Source of the DNA: Octopus sinensis
Lineage: Eukaryota
Assembly: GCF_006345805.1 (NCBI RefSeq)
Contig: NC_043004.1
Coordinates: forward strand, 62,124,001-62,188,000
Direction of reading: 5' to 3'
DNA: 64,000 bases
The notes under the pieces were generated by a model. The model had not been told where the DNA came from, did not search any database, and saw nothing but the letters and a program-made list of their open reading frames with translations. How positions within the stretch are numbered: position 1 is the first letter of the stretch; each line of letters opens with the position of its first letter. The position numbers were made by a program, and so were the translations under genes. Shown piece after piece: positions 13,153 to 26,788 of this stretch.

Positions 13153-13573
13153 ATAATATATATTATATGTGTGGTATGAATGTGTGTATATATATATATA
13201 TATATAATATATATATTATATATATATATGGATATGTGAGCGTGTGTGTATGGGGTGTATTATCCTATTTTATATTTATTTATTTTACATATATATGTGT
13301 GTAGATATTTGTGTGTATGTATGAGTATGGGCATGGGTGAGTACGTAGATGTATGTAAATGGGTGCATATGTACATGTGTATATGGATGTATGTGGGTAT
13401 GTGTATGTAAACTCTATTATTCTATTTATTCTTTTATCTACTTTATCACTGATTCCTTTGACCACTCCCATAAGAATGATAGTTTGCGCCATGCCTACCC
13501 CAAAAAGTCCCCCACCACCACCACCCCTTAAACCTGCCTAAGTGTATAAATGCCAAAACTATTCTTGTCACCT

Positions 13574-13617
13574 AGCTTCCTGATGATTTCTTTTGAATGA
13601 AACAGTTCTAGTCCTGT
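13574..13617 (+). ncRNA. Defective HHR copy (3' strand of stem I missing)
   Basis: agcttc ctgatga tttcttttgaat gaaa cagttctagtcctgta, then taaaataaat. Confidence 0.7.
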
Positions 13618-13626
13618 ATAAAATAA

Positions 13627-13657
<31 letters not shown>

Positions 13658-13832
13658 CATACATACATATACACAAACATATATTCACATACATACACAT
13701 ACTTATATATATATATCACCGTGATCACCGTGACTGACCAGGCTATCAGATGTTGCTACACATCGCTGGTCACAATGCGCTTCGCATTGTTTTAGCCTTC
13801 AAAAGACGCAACCCCGCTGGCTAAGCGAGCAG

Positions 13833-13891
<59 letters not shown>

Positions 13892-13899
13892 CACACATA

Positions 13900-15108
13900 A
13901 AGGGGTTGGACAAAATAATGGAAACAGCTTAAAATTTAAGATAAATTAATTTTAATATGGGGCAGGACTACTTTTGGCAGTAATTACTGCTTGAGTTGTA
14001 TGAGGTATAGACTCGTACAACGTTTGAATTGTTTCCAATGGAATTTTTGTCCATTCTTCAGCTAAAACAGTCTCCAGTTCTTGTAGTGATGTTGCTGTTC
14101 AATGATATTGATATCTGGGGACTCTGGTGGCCCGATAAGATGCTGTTGTTGAACTTGAAGAATGTTCCTCGTGCTATTCTGTAACAATTTTAGCGGAACG
14201 AGTGTGTTATTATCGTGAAAGATTGCGTTTCCCTCCAGAAACCATTCCGCAAACATAGGATGAATTTGATGGGATAAAATGCATAAATAGTTTTGTCTCT
14301 TAAGTCTGCCATGAAAGGAAACCAATGGACTGGCGGATTTCCCAGATCATCACAGATTCTCCTCCATGTCTAACAGTTGGAAGGAGGCTGTTTGGATCAA
14401 ATGCTTCTCTTGGCCGTCTCCACACGTATACACGGCCAGCGGTCGGAAATAAGTTTAAAGGATGACTCGTCCGAGAAAATAACTTTCTTCCACTGATCTA
14501 GGGACCGATTCTGTAGGCTTTACTCCACTCTAAACGTTTTGCAACGTTTGTTTTTGAAAATAATGTTTTTTTCTGATTGCAGTCCTCCCGTGAAATCCGG
14601 CTTTGTGCAGCTCCCGTCGAACAGGTTTTTGTGGAAACTGACTTCTCGATGTGGTCATTAAGCTCTGCATTAATTTTGGGAGCTGTCCTTTTGTGATCCT
14701 TTTTAACAATTTGCTTCAGGGTCCGACATCCCCTATCTGAATGTTTTGGTTTTCTTCCGGTGTTTTATTTCGACGAGTAGGATTTTCCCTCTTTCTCAAA
14801 GGCTGCCATTTCTTTCGAGAAAGTACTTCTTGATACACCAAACATTTCGGGTGTTTTCGTCACGCTAGCGCCTGCCCTAAGATCACCAACAATTTGACCT
14901 GTTTGAAAATCCGATAGATCTGCCATCTAAATGCATTTTAATTACCTTTTCTGATGATATCTGAAAAGAAACAGCAAATGTAGCAAAATATATTGAGCAA
15001 CACTAATAATAAATCAAACAACAAAAATAAACAAGCTTATGAGGGTTTTATAGATATTTCAATTTTATGATGCCATGATGCTAGGTGTTTCCAAGCAGGT
15101 GTGTCTGT
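13900..15108 (-). mobile_element. Decayed Tc1/mariner (Tc1-type) DNA transposon
   Basis: TA followed by TIR-like aaggggttggacaaaataatggaaaca at 13900. The other end retains only ggtgtttcca...ctgta. A transposase pseudogene lies inside. Confidence 0.85.
13952..14926 (-). pseudogene. Tc1-family transposase (DDE) with stops and frameshifts
   Basis: MADLSDFQTGQIVGDLRAGASVTKT...RRELHKAGFHGR, KVIFSDESSF, TVRHGGESVMIW, IFHDNN, PPESPDINIIE. Confidence 0.88.
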
Positions 15109-15397
15109 ATATATATTTATATGTACCAGTGAAGGTACGGAAGAAAACCGGGTAATTTTTTTTAGTACATGTTTTAGTGTAGTTCATTTTATCTAACATT
15201 ATTCACCGAGAACATTTCCATAGACATGAATCAAGAATTATTCCTACTGAGATATATGAATGCAGGTATAAAATGTTATGCCCCAAACATGGAATTTAAC
15301 TTTTTTTTTTATCAAATCAACGAGATTGCGTATTACCTTCATAGTGCCTGGAAAACGACAACTAACTGATGTTGTATCCGATCAAATCAGATACAGT

Positions 15398-15444
<47 letters not shown>

Positions 15445-15494
15445 AGCATGCATGCACACATACGTTTATATATAAATATATGGGGAGGTACATA

Positions 15495-15915
15495 GACGCA
15501 GGAGTGGCTATGTGCTAAGGAGCTTGGTTCCCAACCGCATGGTTCCGGATTCAGTCCCACTGCGTAACACCTTCGGCAAGTGTCTTCTGCTACAATCTCT
15601 GTTAGACAAATGTGTTGAGGGTGGATTTTGTAGACGGAAACTGAAAGAAGCCTGTTGTATATTATACACACATACACACACATACACACAGATATATATA
15701 TATATATATGGGTCTGTATATGTGCCTGTTCCTACTCCATTGCTTGACAACAGATGTTGCTGTGGTTCGTCCCCGTAACCTAGTCTTGCCGCAAAATAGA
15801 ACCACAGAATAAGTACTAGCCCTCTCAATAATAAGTCATGGCGTCGGCTAAAGACGTTACTCCAGTATGGCCGCAGCCATTTATCTGATACGAAGAAAAG
15901 TGCAAAAGAATAAAA

Positions 15916-15918
<3 letters not shown>
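15495..15918 (+). mobile_element. Octopus-type tRNA-derived SINE, diverged full-length copy
   Basis: Head gacgcaggagtggctatgtg...ggttccggattcagtcccactgcg, central gtagacggaaactgaaagaagcc, and tail ccagtatggccgcag...aaaagaataaaaga. Homologous to the copies at 23454 and 45466. Confidence 0.85.
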
Positions 15919-15967
<49 letters not shown>

Positions 15968-17399
15968 GAATTACATATGATAGCATTTGCTTACCCCTAT
16001 ACCGCTGCAAAACTGATTTGAGTTCCTTTTTATCGCTCACGCATTGTGGCGATCCAGCAACATTTCCTCGATTCAAATTCTTTTGACTTTAATGTTATTA
16101 AATACTGGTAGCAATTTATCTGATTATTAGCCTAGGTCGGTGTCTAAACTTGGCGTCAGTGCAATGACTGAAACAAGTAAAAGGGTAAACCAAAATTGAA
16201 TGGATATACATGAGGTCATATAATCCTAAATAACCGATTTGATCTGAATTTAGTACATACTGGCGATTTCAAGTTGATATACAGCAAAAACAATAGTGCT
16301 ACAACAACGATAACAACTTAGACCTAGGTGGATATTGCTTTCGATAACAAAAGTTTTCATTAGGGATTTGTATCATGTCTTCAGACAACATTAAGAAAAG
16401 CCCAAACCTTGTAGATCTACCCAGATATTTCTCGTTCGCTATCTCTCAAAGAAAAGATAGTAAAGGATAATAATAAATATAACATAAAAAATCGAGATAT
16501 TTGATGGGTCCCAGATTTTTGCATATATCTCCTATACTAACTGATAAGTGTATCTTGTTTTTTTTTGTTTATTATATCCGTTTTATATACAATTCTCAAA
16601 CTACTCCAAAGTGATGTATGCCACCAATCTAACATGGTGTTTAAATGGTGAAATATAAAGTGAATATCATAACAAAGATAACTTTAGATATTGTTGACAA
16701 AATTATACACTGGCACACATACACGAGCACACACACATGCATACACACTCAGACATGCACGCGCATACACATATGCACATATGAATGTATTTATGTATAC
16801 ACACACACACATATATTTATATACGTAGACCTAGACACACACACAGTACACATACATGTATATACATATACGTATATACACATATATTTGTGTGTGTCTG
16901 TGATTGTGTGTGTATATAAGATAAGGATGACAAATTTATGGATAACTTGGTCTTTGATTGCTCCCATCAACTGTATTACCGAATGTAATCAATAATAACC
17001 TCTATCATCTCAATGTTTTTAACAATATAGTCATGTAACATATAATTACGGATAACGTACAGGAGTATGTTCGAAACCGGCGCATTAATTTATAGGTGTG
17101 ATTTATCGTTCTAGCTTCCGTTGTGATCACGATGTCTTTATCTTCCTTCCTCTTGTTTTCCTCTCTTTATCTCTGCTTCTCTTATAAATTTCCTCCTCTT
17201 AATATGTTTGGATCATTCTAAGTATATAGAAAACCCAAGGTAGCGTCGTCGACACTATACAGAGCGGACACTGAGACTCATTGTGTGCGTTTATGTGTTT
17301 TCCTACGTATGTTCTATGTTTTTTGCGTGTATTTTTCTACCACTTCTCTGTTAGTATCTATCTTAAAACCGGTTTTGTTACTGCTACTTCTTCTTATCC

Positions 17400-17442
17400 T
17401 AATACTACTACTACTACTACTGATGCTGCCACTACTACAACT

Positions 17443-17478
<36 letters not shown>

Positions 17479-17613
17479 ACTACTACTACTACTACTATTA
17501 TTATTACTACTACTACTACCACCACCACCACCACCAACACAACCACTACTACAACTACTACTACTACTACTACTACTATTACTACTACTACCACCACCAC
17601 CACCACCATCACA

Positions 17614-17653
<40 letters not shown>

Positions 17654-17690
17654 ACTACTACTACACTACTACTACTACTACTACTACTAC
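17400..17690. repeat. (ACT)n/(ACC)n trinucleotide tract
   Basis: Direct reading. Confidence 0.95.
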
Positions 17691-17948
17691 TAGTGTTTGC
17701 CTTTTTCGCGCTTTCTTTTCATTACAAGGTAAAAGCAAAACCGCGGGCCGACTCTAAAGTATGTAGCTGAACGCTCGCAGCTTTCAACTTCTTGATTCAT
17801 GTGGCTAGTGAAAGCTCCGGGTTAAATTTCTCAGAAAAATTACATCGTTAGCAGAAATGAGCTAACTGATCTATTTAGGAAATTTTCGACTAAAACGAAC
17901 TCGGGACGTTTTAAGCCTAGTAATGATTCTAACGCTATCTTTTTTTTA

Positions 17949-18205
17949 GCTGCTAAGTTACAGGGCCTCAAACACACCAACACCGGTGTCCAGTAGCTGG
18001 GGCAGACAAACTCAGACACACAGATGCACACACACTCACAAATACACATACGCATACGCGCGCATGAATATATATATTTACGACAGCTTCCGTCTATCAC
18101 AAGGCGCTGGTCGGCCGGAGGGTATAGCAGAATGCACCTACCCAAAGTGCCACGCTGAGACCCGACCCATGTAGCTGGGAAGCAAGCTCCTCACCACAGG
18201 GCCAC
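17949..18205 (-). mobile_element. Decayed partial copy of the same SINE family
   Basis: gctaagttacaggg...aaacacaccaacacc...ttccgtcta...cccaaagtgccacgc...agcaagctcctcaccacaggccac aligns to the copy at 23454-23860. Confidence 0.7.
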
Positions 18206-19354
18206 CCGGTTATCTTTTCTACGAACTATCTTGCGTTTCCTCTCAATCATACCATTTCGAATTATTTTTAATATGTCTTATCAAACTAAATTCAATCATA
18301 ATATCGATTTAAGAATTTTGTCATAATGTCAGTATTTACTGTGGACGGATCAATTATATCGATTCCAGTACTCTATTGAATTTTGTAGCTGAACAATAAT
18401 CCATTAATGATGGACTACATGTTTTCTTCAGAAATCTCCTGTTGACGATTTATTTTAATTTTGACTTCTCTATAAGTCGACAAGAGTACTCGGTGATGGA
18501 TAAATGATACCTGTCCCTAGATGTATTATGCTGTGTGTAGTTACGATCTGAATTCCAATATGGTCAAGGATGTACTTTTGTTTATATTTTGAAACCAAAA
18601 CCAACATCAGTATATTTTATTAATCTCCGCCTGTCCCGGTTAATTGATGCAGCGAACAGGAGAGAAACAAATTTTAGGAATGTGTGTATAGTTTAGAGAG
18701 CCACTGTATATTATAATCAAATATTATAACATTCAAAAAGAGAAGGTAAAAATTAGATTATCAAAAGAAGAAATCGGTGTGATAAATAAGTCAGGCTCAG
18801 ATAGGGGATTTCCGTAGGTTTTATATTGAACTTCGTAATGTTTTATACGAGACGCAAAATTAAATGTTTTATGTTTATTTACACGTTGTAACTTCCCCAG
18901 ATATATTCAGATAAATTAGATAACGGCTACAAGAGAACAATTCTGTACGAAGAATTGTGGCAACCTTAGAAAATCACAGTTATGTTGTGACTGCAAAAGT
19001 GATGTTGAAAGATTCTTTGAGAAACCTAAAAATATTGGTCAGATTTTCATCGAAAGAGTTTGTGAGAAATTTGAATGTGATCATTATTTAGCGTTTCGTT
19101 ATTACATATAGCGTTGTATATGAACATAATTACATATATGTGCGACAGTGTCAGTGTGCTACGGTCACCAGCAATGAGTCAAATTAGGAAATTAAGTTTA
19201 GGAATGCTAAAAGATAATGTCTAAAGACAAACAATGAAACCTATTTCTGTGATGGGAAGGAAATGAAAAATGATCAAATTACGTTGACATTTTCGAAAAA
19301 AAAATTGTTTCTACTTGCATTCATTTTTCAAATGAACTAGGTAGACATTATATA

Positions 19355-20900
19355 GGTGCACATGTATGTATGCATACATACCCACACACTCGCATGCATC
19401 CCTACCCACATACATACACGCACACCTACTCACACACACACATACACACACATACCTGCACACACACATACATACATACACATACATACCTACTTCAGAC
19501 ATACACACACACAGACATACACCCATACACTCACACTCACACTCACACTCACACGCATACACACACACATACACACGCACACGTACACATACACACACAC
19601 ACACACCTACATACATACATACATTACACTTGTACACACACACACTTACATTCATACACACACACACCTACACAGCCATACCCTCACTCAGACACACACA
19701 TCTACCTACCACACACACAAACACACCACGGACACATACCCATACATACATACATCTACACACACACGCCTACACACATACATATACACATACATAAACA
19801 CACACACATACCATATACACACATACGCACACACACATATACTTATACACATGCACACACACACATACATACATACACCCATATACATACATACACACAT
19901 ACCCACATACTCCTATACGCACACACATACACAAAGACATACACACTTACACACTCACACAAACATACACACACACACACTTACACACACACTCACCTGC
20001 ACGCGCACACACATGCATGACAAACACCCATACACTCACACTCACATACGCACACACCAACATAAACACGCACACGCACACACACACCTACACTCCCACA
20101 CACATACACACGCACCTACATACACACACGCACGCATACACACGCATACACACATACATTACACACGTACACACACACCCACATACACATGCATACAACA
20201 CACACACAAACATGCACGGACAACCCCAGACATACACACATACACCTATATACACACGCCCACACACCTACATACACACACATATACACACGCCCACACA
20301 CCTACATACACACACATACATACACACATACACGGACACACACCCACACATACTTACATACATACACCTATATCACACACGCCTACACACACTACATACA
20401 CACACATGCATACACACACACACATGTACGCACATACACACACATATACGCACATACATATATACCCACACACATGCACACACACACACATACGCACATG
20501 CATGCATGCATGCACACGCGCACACCTACACGCATACACACACACACACGCACGTACACATACATACACACACACACGCATACATACACCCATACACATA
20601 CATGCATCCGACACACACATACATACACACTCACACATACATACACACACACTCACTCACACACCTGTATGTACGCGCACACACATGCACATACACACAC
20701 TTCCCCACACCCACACGTACATACATACACACTCACACACATACACACACACACACACACACGGACATACATCTATGCACACACATACATACACACATAC
20801 TCACATACATTCATCGGACACACTGCCACCCAGACATACACACAGACACACTCACACATCCACACACATACATACTTACGCGCATACTCGCAGGCACGCG
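19355..20900. repeat. ~1.5 kb cryptically simple (CA/TACA)n tract
   Basis: Direct reading; source of the spurious 604-aa His/Thr ORF. Confidence 0.9.
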
Positions 20901-21870
20901 CACATACGCACTTGCGCCGGCTCGCGCTGCATACGCGCCGCATACACCTCGCTCTTGGACCTGACGAGACCTCCCGCCGTTCCTGGGACCGTCGCGTGTC
21001 GTTGGGTTTTCCCACGCCTGTCTCCGCGTTACCACTCTCCATCTTCCCCTCAGCTGGAGTCCTTTTTCCTTAACCCCACCCTTTTTTCGTTACACACACG
21101 CGCACACATATACACACCTTGCCTATATATATACATCACTCTTACACACATTCAATCTACTCGCCATTAATACCACACACGACTGGACACACACACACTA
21201 CTACTCAACACACACGCTGGCACGCTACATACGCCCCCACCCCTTCCCCTCCCTCCCTTCCTCCCTCCTTCTTTTTCTTACTACTGACCTACCCTCCTCC
21301 TTCCTCCTTCCTTCTTTTTCTTACTACTGACCTTGTCTGCTAGCTGACCACTGGTCTCGCCCCTACCTCACACGCCTACACACACGCACACACTAACACA
21401 CACATATTTTTTTGTTTTTTCATCTCGCCTCACACACACACATACACACACGCACACGCACACACTCACACATACACACACATCTGTTGGGTTACCAACC
21501 TTGTCTCCACTCTTTTGCCTTTAAAAACCCACTTTGCTCTTGTTATCGTCAACATCCGCCTTTCACCATGTGCAACTCGTAAACACCAGTCGTCTTTTTT
21601 CTCTTTCCCTGTTGCCCGCTCTGGGATCTTTCTTTCCTCTCTCTTCCTTCTTTATGTTTCCGACGAAGAGCTCCGCTCGAAACGTCATACCTCCCTGCTT
21701 CCATCTCCTGAGTCGCCTATTAATAATAATACTGTAATTGTTCCTGTTGTTGTTGTTTTTTTGTTTCCCTTTTGGATTAAATTATATATATACATATATA
21801 TATTATATACATATATATATATATAGATAAATAAATAGATATACATATATATACATATGTATATATATAC

Positions 21871-21901
<31 letters not shown>

Positions 21902-22047
21902 CATATATATATATACATATATATATATATACATATATATATATACTTATATATATATATACATATATATATATACATATATATATACATATATATATAT
22001 ACATATATATACATATATATATACATATATATATACATATATATATA

Positions 22048-22098
<51 letters not shown>

Positions 22099-22133
22099 AG
22101 GGTTAATTTGAGGCAAATTAACAACATGACGGG

Positions 22134-22706
22134 AAATTTCTATATTACACCCACACTAAAAAATACACACAAAAATGGGATTTTTTCGTGGAATCAAGTA
22201 CTCTGACCTCCTAATATTCTGCAAATCCCTTCTTTTCGTTCGGAAAAACTGTGATCGGCCGAGGTGGACCCACCTCCAATCTCGGAATCACTGGAAATTT
22301 GATTTTCGTTGAATTAATTCCTGTGACTTACTACGAAATGCTACGAAACCATTTTCCGTGTCCGACAAACGGGGTGGAATGAGGGGGAAGCCTTTTTAAT
22401 ATTTTTTTTACCTTAGTGAAAATCGTGCGGGTGAAAAGATCAACGGGTTGGGGTGAAATTTCCCACGCTTCCATCTCACCCAGCCTCGTTTTTCGGATCC
22501 CGAAAAGGGTTTTGTAGCATATTAGTAGGTTACACGAATTCATTCAACGCAAAAAATTCCAATGATTCTGGGATGGTGGTGTTTCCACATCGCGTTCCCC
22601 TTTTCCGAACCAGAATAAAGGATTTGCAGCATATCAGGAGGTCAGGGTACTTGATTCCACGCAAACAATCCAAGTGAAAATCGTACAGGTGTTAATATAG
22701 AAATTT
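22134..22706. mobile_element. MITE/fold-back element, diverged palindrome over nearly its whole length
   Basis: cgtggaatcaagtactctgacctcctaatattctgcaaatcc pairs with ggatttgcagcatatcaggaggtcagggtacttgattccacg. Inner segments (gaatcactggaa...tgctacgaaacc versus gggttttgtagca...ttccaatgattc) also pair. Confidence 0.8.
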
Positions 22707-23453
22707 ATCATAATTTTGCTATTTTGTCTAAAATAAACCCTGATACAGCAAGCCTATCATTAAAGACATTCCACCTCGGTAAAATTCCCTGACATATACT
22801 TGGTGTGGATGGATAATATCAAATAATTCAATCACAACATATATTTAAATTAAACTTTAAAAAAATTGAAATATTATCGTCACTTACAGGGAAAAATTGA
22901 AATATTATCTTTCAGTGTTTTATAAAGTAAAATCTTAAATTATTGACACATTATTAATTATCTTATAAAAGCAATGCCTGGAAATATCATGGATGACATG
23001 GAAAAATGCGAGGATGAAAAGTTATATTCTTAAGACTATAAACCTGGAAAGAATAGGACAAATTATTACACCCGTGCAAGTATACGACAAGCTATTACTT
23101 CTAGTAGAGAATAAGAAACTTTTTACTTAAAATACTGCTGCTAAAATTGAACTTTGAATATTAAAAATTATTTTATTATAGTTTACAAATAATATTATAC
23201 TAATTTAAATAGAATTTGGCTAACTTACTACCTTAAATACAGAAAAAAAGTGACTAATTAGACAAACTTACAAATTAGCTGAACAGTTTTGTACAAAAAT
23301 TTTAAATTTTAGAACTGTAAAGAGTGCTAAATTATAAGTGACATTCTTTGCTGCATTATTTCAAATAAAAAGTTTCTTATTCTTTACTTTACTAGAAATA
23401 ATAGGTTGTCCTATACTTTTACACATGTAAAAACTTCTCCTGTACTTTTCCAA

Positions 23454-23654
23454 CTCTTTTACTTGTTTCAGTCATTTGACTGCGGTCATGCTGGAGCACC
23501 ACCTTTAGTCGAGCAACTCGACCCCGGCACTTATACTTTGTAAGCCCAGTACTAATTCTATCGGTCTCTTTCGCCGAACCGCTAAGTGACGGGGACGTAA
23601 ACACACCAGCATCGGTTGTCAAGCAATGCTAGGGGGACAAACACAGACACACAA

Positions 23655-23717
<63 letters not shown>

Positions 23718-23860
23718 TACGACAGGCTTCTTTCAGTTTCCGTCTACCAAATCCACTCACAAGGCATTGGTCGGCCCGAGGCTATAGCAGAAGACACTTG
23801 CCCAAGATGCCACGCAGTAGGACTGAACCCGGAACCATGTGGTTGGTTAGCAAGCTACTT
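23454..23860 (-). mobile_element. Octopus-type SINE, body and tail (head displaced to 25829-25866 by an insertion)
   Basis: acttgtttcagtcatttgactgcggtcatgctggagcacc...ccacgcagtaggactgaacccggaaccatgtggttggttagcaagctactt. Confidence 0.9.
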
Positions 23861-25828
23861 TATTTCATATAATTTGCCATTTAGGCATTTACAAAGACGG
23901 GACAAACAAGGACAGACAAATATAAAGGGTGAAGTAGCTTAACACAGTTACAATTTTCGAATGAAATTACGGATAAGATTATAAACAATGAATTTTACGA
24001 AGGCAATGTTTAAAAATATTAATGATCATGTCGAAGGACGGACACCCAGCCATCCGGGTAGAAACTTTACTTTCTGATCCGGTCACACTTACCTGGTGCC
24101 AAACATACCCATCTTGTATGCCACAGGCTTCCATCTTTTCGCAAACATATCTCGTGACAGACACCTCTTCTCCAGCCTGATTTTGCTACTGAGGTGGTAA
24201 CTAAAAAAGTTAATGAACCCCTGGTCGGAGACAAAGTTGCCTGTCACTATACCTTTCGTACGCGTCTTCCATACTGTTTCTTTCAGTATGGCTACTACAC
24301 AGAAAAAACAAGCCTTTCTTTCCCTGTTAAGGAAAGGGGGCGGCACAGTCTCGATGATAGACTCAGCTGATAGCTGTACTCTTCCCATCACTGACAACAG
24401 TTGTTCAACAAAAGCTATCAGTCCCGATAACTCCGGACACTCCACGAACGCGTGCAAGACGGTCTCCCTATCCTGCTCACATCGCGGGCATGTCGGCGAG
24501 ACGGCACTACCGTGCCTTGACAGCTTGGGAGGTTTTAATAGTGTAGGGGTTTGTGAGTGCGAGGGCTGGGTTTTTTCTTCAGTCTGTTTTGGGGTTGGCA
24601 CCGTAACAGCAGGAGTGTGATTTTTTGTTTTTGTAGGGGTAGGTGTGTTTGCAAGGGTAGGGACTTTTTTATTTTCTGAGGGGCCTGGTGTCTGCGGTTT
24701 CTTTTGCTTGTCTGGACAGTCTACACGAATGTGGCCCTTTTTGCCGCAGGCGTAACAGGTGGGTTTTCGGCCTTCGACCTGTACCCTGAGGGCTACGTTC
24801 TCGCCCAAGAGCACCCTCTCAGGAAGGAGCTGTAGGTCCTCCGCTGTTCCTTGAATTAATATATTAATGTTACGCCCGAGCCAAAATCGAGGGGTAGAGC
24901 ATGTTACTTCTAGTATTTTTATTTTTCCGCCCTTTTATATAATAGGGCGGCCACTACCTCTACCGGATCTACTTCCGGCGGGGCTTCTGCAATCCTGACC
25001 TGGGACGTCCTGCGTCCCCTATAGCTTGGAAAAAGTACCACCTCCTTGGTTTTTAGGGGGTTTACAGAATGCCCGCGGGCCATTTCTTCCACCGAGAAGC
25101 GGACAACCACAGTGCCATATGCCCGTCCCCTGGCGACGTACACGATGTCCTTCCAAATCGGGGACAGGCATTTCTCGATGGTACTTTTTTCAAAGTGTTT
25201 GAACCTTCTGCTTTGTGGACAGAAAGTTTTAAACACTACGGTCCGCTTCTCGGTCTCCACGATACTGGCGGAGGGTGATATTTTAACATCACCACCCTCC
25301 TCTTGCATTTTTTAAAATAGCTCGAGGAGCTGGTTGACATCGATGTCAATTTTCTCGGTAGCCACTGCGGCTACCTCAGAAAATTTTTTAACATTGCTCT
25401 CCTCAAGAGCACTACTTTCGTGAATAATTTCAACAGACATTATTCTGTTGAAATTAGACAACACAAAAATTACGAGTATTGGTTTCCCACAAAACTGGGA
25501 AACCTATAGAAAGTTTTTCTTCCAAAGTAGTTAAAAAAAGCAGTTCAAAAATTCCAATTCCCACCCCCATTCGGGGGAGGGCACGAAAATAGTCTGGCAG
25601 GACTATGTATAGTCACGTAAATAAAAAGCCACAGTGGCTAACAGTTCAACGGTAAGAAATTATTCAATTATTTCCCGGTAAAACCGGAGAACAAGACAGT
25701 TCAGCAACGTTTAAAGGCAAATTTTCAGTAGTAGGAATTCGACAATTAACAACACAGCAAAACTCTTACCGGGAAGAAAACGCGTCCAAACCGTGGTACG
25801 GTAGGCAAAGTCACTCTTCTGTCAGTGA
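23861..25828 (-). mobile_element. Internally deleted Tx1/L1-like non-LTR retrotransposon (1968 bp) with 16-bp TSD
   Basis: ggttagcaagctactt occurs at both 23845-23860 and 25829-25844. An ORF1-like region with a CCHC knuckle is joined to an ORF2 C-terminus. No endonuclease or RT sequence is present. Confidence 0.82.
24089..25440 (-). pseudogene. ORF1-like protein (RRM-like region, CYACGKKGHIRVDC zinc knuckle) fused in frame to ORF2 C-terminal zinc domain (CPRCEQDRETVLHAFVEC)
   Basis: ATG at 25440, an in-frame TAA near 25313 and a frameshift near 24920, then open to 24089. KLSRHG..V...CPRC...ETVLHAF.EC resembles the C-terminus of Tx1/L1 ORF2. Confidence 0.78.
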
Positions 25829-25866
25829 GGTTAGCAAGCTACTTACCACACAGCCACTCCTGCGCC
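25829..25866 (-). mobile_element. 5' head of the interrupted SINE
   Basis: Reverse complement is ggcgcaggagtggctgtgtggtaagtagcttgctaacc. Confidence 0.85.
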
Positions 25867-25924
25867 AATTTTATAATCTTAAGAATATAATTTTCCATGC
25901 TCACATTTTGCCATGTCACACACA

Positions 25925-25992
<68 letters not shown>

Positions 25993-26217
25993 TATTAGTC
26001 AATTTAGGGTAGCAAAAAAATTCAATAGAAATTTATCGCAACCAGCGGCCTGGTGAAAAAGAGAAAATAGTCATCGACTAAATATATAAATATAACGATT
26101 TAGGAGTGACCCTAACAGGTCACTCGTCCACCAGAAAGAGCAGCCATAACTCACACCGCCAAGTATTATTAATTCAGAAATTAGGTGAAAATTTAAAAAC
26201 ATTTACCCTAATTCATC

Positions 26218-26317
26218 CTTTTAGACGTTGCAACGTTTCTGTGTCATTAATGATTAAATTAGCTTAATTAAATTAAATTAAGCCAATCTACCATAGGTTA
26301 CACTTCATCAGTAAAAG
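26218..26317 (-). ncRNA. Type I hammerhead ribozyme (array unit)
   Basis: Reverse complement of the 27172-27271 motif. Confidence 0.88.
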
Positions 26318-26689
26318 ACCTGGGAGAGACAAATATACACGAGGCGTCTGTATTGATGCCTACGGGATATCTGACTTAAAATTTTCAAGACTGACGTATT
26401 CGCGCCAAACTTATCAACAGTAAATATAACTGCCGATTCAATCTCAGAATTATTCAGAAAATTATCAATTAGTCAATTTAGGGTAGCAAAAAAATTCAAT
26501 AGAAATTTATCGCAACCAGCGGCCTGGTGAAAAAGAGAAAATATCATCGACTAAATATATAAATATAACGATTTAGGAGTGACCCTAACAGGTCACTCGT
26601 CCACCAGAAAGAGCAGCCATAACTCACACCGCCAAGTATTATTAATTCAGAAATTAGGTGAAAATTAAAAACATTTACCCTAATTCATC

Positions 26690-26788
26690 CTTTTAGACGT
26701 TGCACGTTTCTGTGTCATTAATGATTAAATTAGCTTAATTAAATTAAATTAAGCCAATCTACCATAGGTTACACTTCATCAGTAAAAG
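26690..26788 (-). ncRNA. Type I hammerhead ribozyme (1-nt deletion in stem III)
   Basis: gacgttgcacgtttc instead of gacgttgcaacgtttc. Confidence 0.75.

Larger units (their letters stand above)
10085..13625 (-). mobile_element. Tandem duplicate (~3.56 kb unit) of PLE-1 3' UTR, ORF and inverted arm
   Basis: 10100-13620 is near-identical to 6545-10075, with many 1-nt indels in the second copy. Confidence 0.9.

Noticed and set aside
15495-15560. tRNA genes at SINE heads (also ~1600-1657, 25829-25866, 45830-45874)
   Set aside because: A/B-box-like motifs run straight into SINE bodies; no complete cloverleaf could be drawn.
20961-21000. CTGACGA as a hammerhead core
   Set aside because: No downstream GAAA, stem III or stem I partner.
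19356-21170. 604-aa His/Thr-rich ORF and the many Y/I, C/V, H/T ORFs across the window
   Set aside because: They are translations of (CA)n/(TA)n/(TG)n tracts that lack stops by composition; no domain content.
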